From NCBI RefSeq assembly GCF_000143415.4, contig NW_003314452.1:1-64000 (forward strand): 64,000 nucleotides of DNA. The letters are read 5' to 3'. Numbering within the stretch: position 1 is the stretch's first letter; each line of letters opens with the position of its first letter. A model generated the notes under the pieces. It saw nothing but the letters and a program-made list of their open reading frames with translations, was not told where the DNA came from and ran no database searches. The translations under genes were made by a program, and so were the position numbers. Below, piece after piece: positions 62,192 to 64,000 of this stretch. Source of the stretch: Selaginella moellendorffii (taxonomy: Eukaryota > Plantae > Lycopodiophyta).

Positions 62192-64000
62192 TGTGAGACA
62201 CAAAATCCCTAGGCCCCAAAGTGGAGCCGGAAGGGTGCCACGTGGTAGTGGCCGAAGCGAAAGCCAAACGAGCATAACACGTTTGGACTAAAAGCTCCGA
62301 CTTGAAAGGTCGAGAGCGGGAGTGGAACTCCCAACAAAGTGCTCGAGGAACAAGCACGAAGCGAGCAATAAGCGAAGCTCCAAAAAGGGACCCAAAAGGA
62401 CCAACACATGACACGTGGAAGAGTCCGAGATGGACCGAGACGGAGTCTGAGATGGAGTCCGAGATGGACCAAGACGGAGTCCAAGATAGACCCGAGATCG
62501 ACCCGAGTTGGAGTCCGAGATGGAGTCCGAGATGGACCAAGACGGAGTCCGAGATGGAGTCCAAGGTGGAGTCCGAGGTGGAGTTCGAGATGGAGTCCGA
62601 GATGGACCGAGACGGACTCTGAGATGGAGTCCGAGGTGGAGTCTGAGATGGAGTCCGAGATGGAGTCCAAAGTGGAGTCCGAGATGGAGTCCGAGATGGA
62701 CCGAGACGGAGTCCGAGATGGAGTCCGAGATGGACCGAGACGGAGTCCGAGATGGAGTCCGAGATGGACCAAGATGGAGTCCGAGATGGAGTCCGAGATG
62801 GACCCGAGATGGAATCCGAGATGGAGTCCGAGAAGGACCCGAGATGGAGTCCGAGGTCAAGACCGAGACCGGGACCGAGACCAAGACCGAGACCAAGACC
62901 GGGACCGAGACCGAGACCGGGACTGAGACCAAGACCGAGGCGGAGGCCGAGACTGAGCCCGAGTCCGAGTCCGAGTCCGAGTCCGAGTCTGAGTCTAAGT
63001 CCGAGTCCGAGTCCGAGTTCGAGTTTGAGCCTGAGAGGGTGAAAGCCCAAAGCGTTCGTCTCCCAAACCCTGGGGGGTTTGGTGAGCTCCAAAAGTATAG
63101 TAGGGGGAGGACTGCAGTGGAGCCAATTTGGCTAGGAAATGCCAGTTTGGCCCAGGAAGGCCAGATCCAGTGTTGGGTGATGAATTGACCATTGGGAAGT
63201 CCAAGACTAGAGTGAATACGGACCGACAAGTGGGGTAGCTTGGTGAAGTGTTCAAGAGCCGGCTCTAGTTCCCCCGGGAGATCGACTGGCCGATGCTCCC
63301 AGTCCAAGTGTGGGTGGCACTACCTACTTGGATACCAGGCGTGGCTCAACGGAACCTCGCTCTAAGCCCATGGCTAGAGCACCTAAAGGCGGAAGGCGGG
63401 GAGAGTACCCACGGGGCTCACGTAGGCCCACGGTGTTCTGAAATGTTGTCCTGAAGTCCCAAATGGGGGAAAGGAGGAAGAGTAGTCCTTTAGTGTAGTG
63501 ACTAAAGATACAGTTACATGGTGAAGAAGTCCCTGGAGGACCATGGGACTTAGTGTCAAGGCCTGTGGCCGTTGATCGAGTGGCAGTGGTACGAACATGC
63601 GCAAGGACAGAAAACAGACTTGGTAGGACTTAACGAAGGGATATTGGGGAAGTCTATTCCCCATGTCTGTGGCATCCTAAGGATGCTGAGGAGTGGATCT
63701 AGGATGACCACTCGTGGTCGGATGGCCCAGGCTTGGAGAGACAGGTTTGTGATGCAAGTGGTATTGGACCACTAGTGTGGCAAAGGTGAATAGACATGGC
63801 CTTAGCGTAACGGGCCGATATGTCAGTGGTACCTTTGGCTGTCGGTCTTGGGACCGGACACATGGAGCACTTGGACTAAGTGCAAGGGATGAGTGGCATG
63901 GGTGCCATTCTCGGGGCTAGCAAGTCCCAAGTCCTGAATTGGACTTAAGGAGGTTGTGAATGAGACTCCTCCAAGTGGTTGAAAGTGTGGTTAAGTGACT
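62192..64000. mobile_element. Probable LTR retrotransposon terminus, cut by the window end
   Basis: Abrupt departure from the paralogous unit at ggaatg|TGTGAG; GC-rich; shares gggtgaaagcccaaagcgt...ccaaa.gtatagtaggg with LTR 14108-14180. Confidence 0.7.
62420..63030. repeat. Hexamer/dodecamer tandem array (GATGGA-GTCCGA, GACCGA, GAGTCC variants)
   Basis: Directly visible; grades from gatggagtccga to gaccga to gtccga units. Confidence 0.95.

Noticed and set aside
62178-63307. Long low-complexity ORFs (GL, SD, ESEM, RP repeats)
   Set aside because: Produced in nearly all frames by a stop-free hexamer array.

Overview
Plant nuclear DNA, most likely a lycophyte such as Selaginella (inferred from 47-68 nt introns, a PLS-class PPR and a Tcn1/Tf1-like chromovirus). 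The window is a head-to-tail tandem segmental triplication: position 1 recurs at 24821 and 48609, and the core unit is roughly 18-19 kb. Each unit contains decayed Ty3/Gypsy relics, an SCP/FCP1-type (NIF, DxDxT) phosphatase pseudogene, a PDR/ABCG last-exon fragment, a spliced minus-strand kinase, a divergent intronless SCP-type phosphatase about 420 bp from the kinase ATG, and a truncated PPR. Manual splicing shows the kinase is a stand-alone GCN2/eIF2alpha-kinase-like catalytic domain without RWD or HisRS-like sensor domains. No unit keeps both members of the kinase-phosphatase pair intact under my gene model. Copy 1 has an intact kinase and a frameshifted phosphatase. Copy 2 has a kinase nonsense codon and an intact phosphatase. 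Copy 3 has the kinase core deleted and an intact phosphatase. An older internal duplicate lacks the kinase and has a decayed phosphatase. Each copy has private insertions: a 7.1-kb non-coding LTR element with a truncated 3' LTR and a 71-bp target duplication (copy 1); a 454-bp TIR element in the PPR and a young 5.6-kb chromovirus with a self-priming site and a -1 frameshift pseudoknot (copy 2); and an LTR-like element with a hexamer-based array running off the window (copy 3). Gene models and family calls were made by eye, without database searches.
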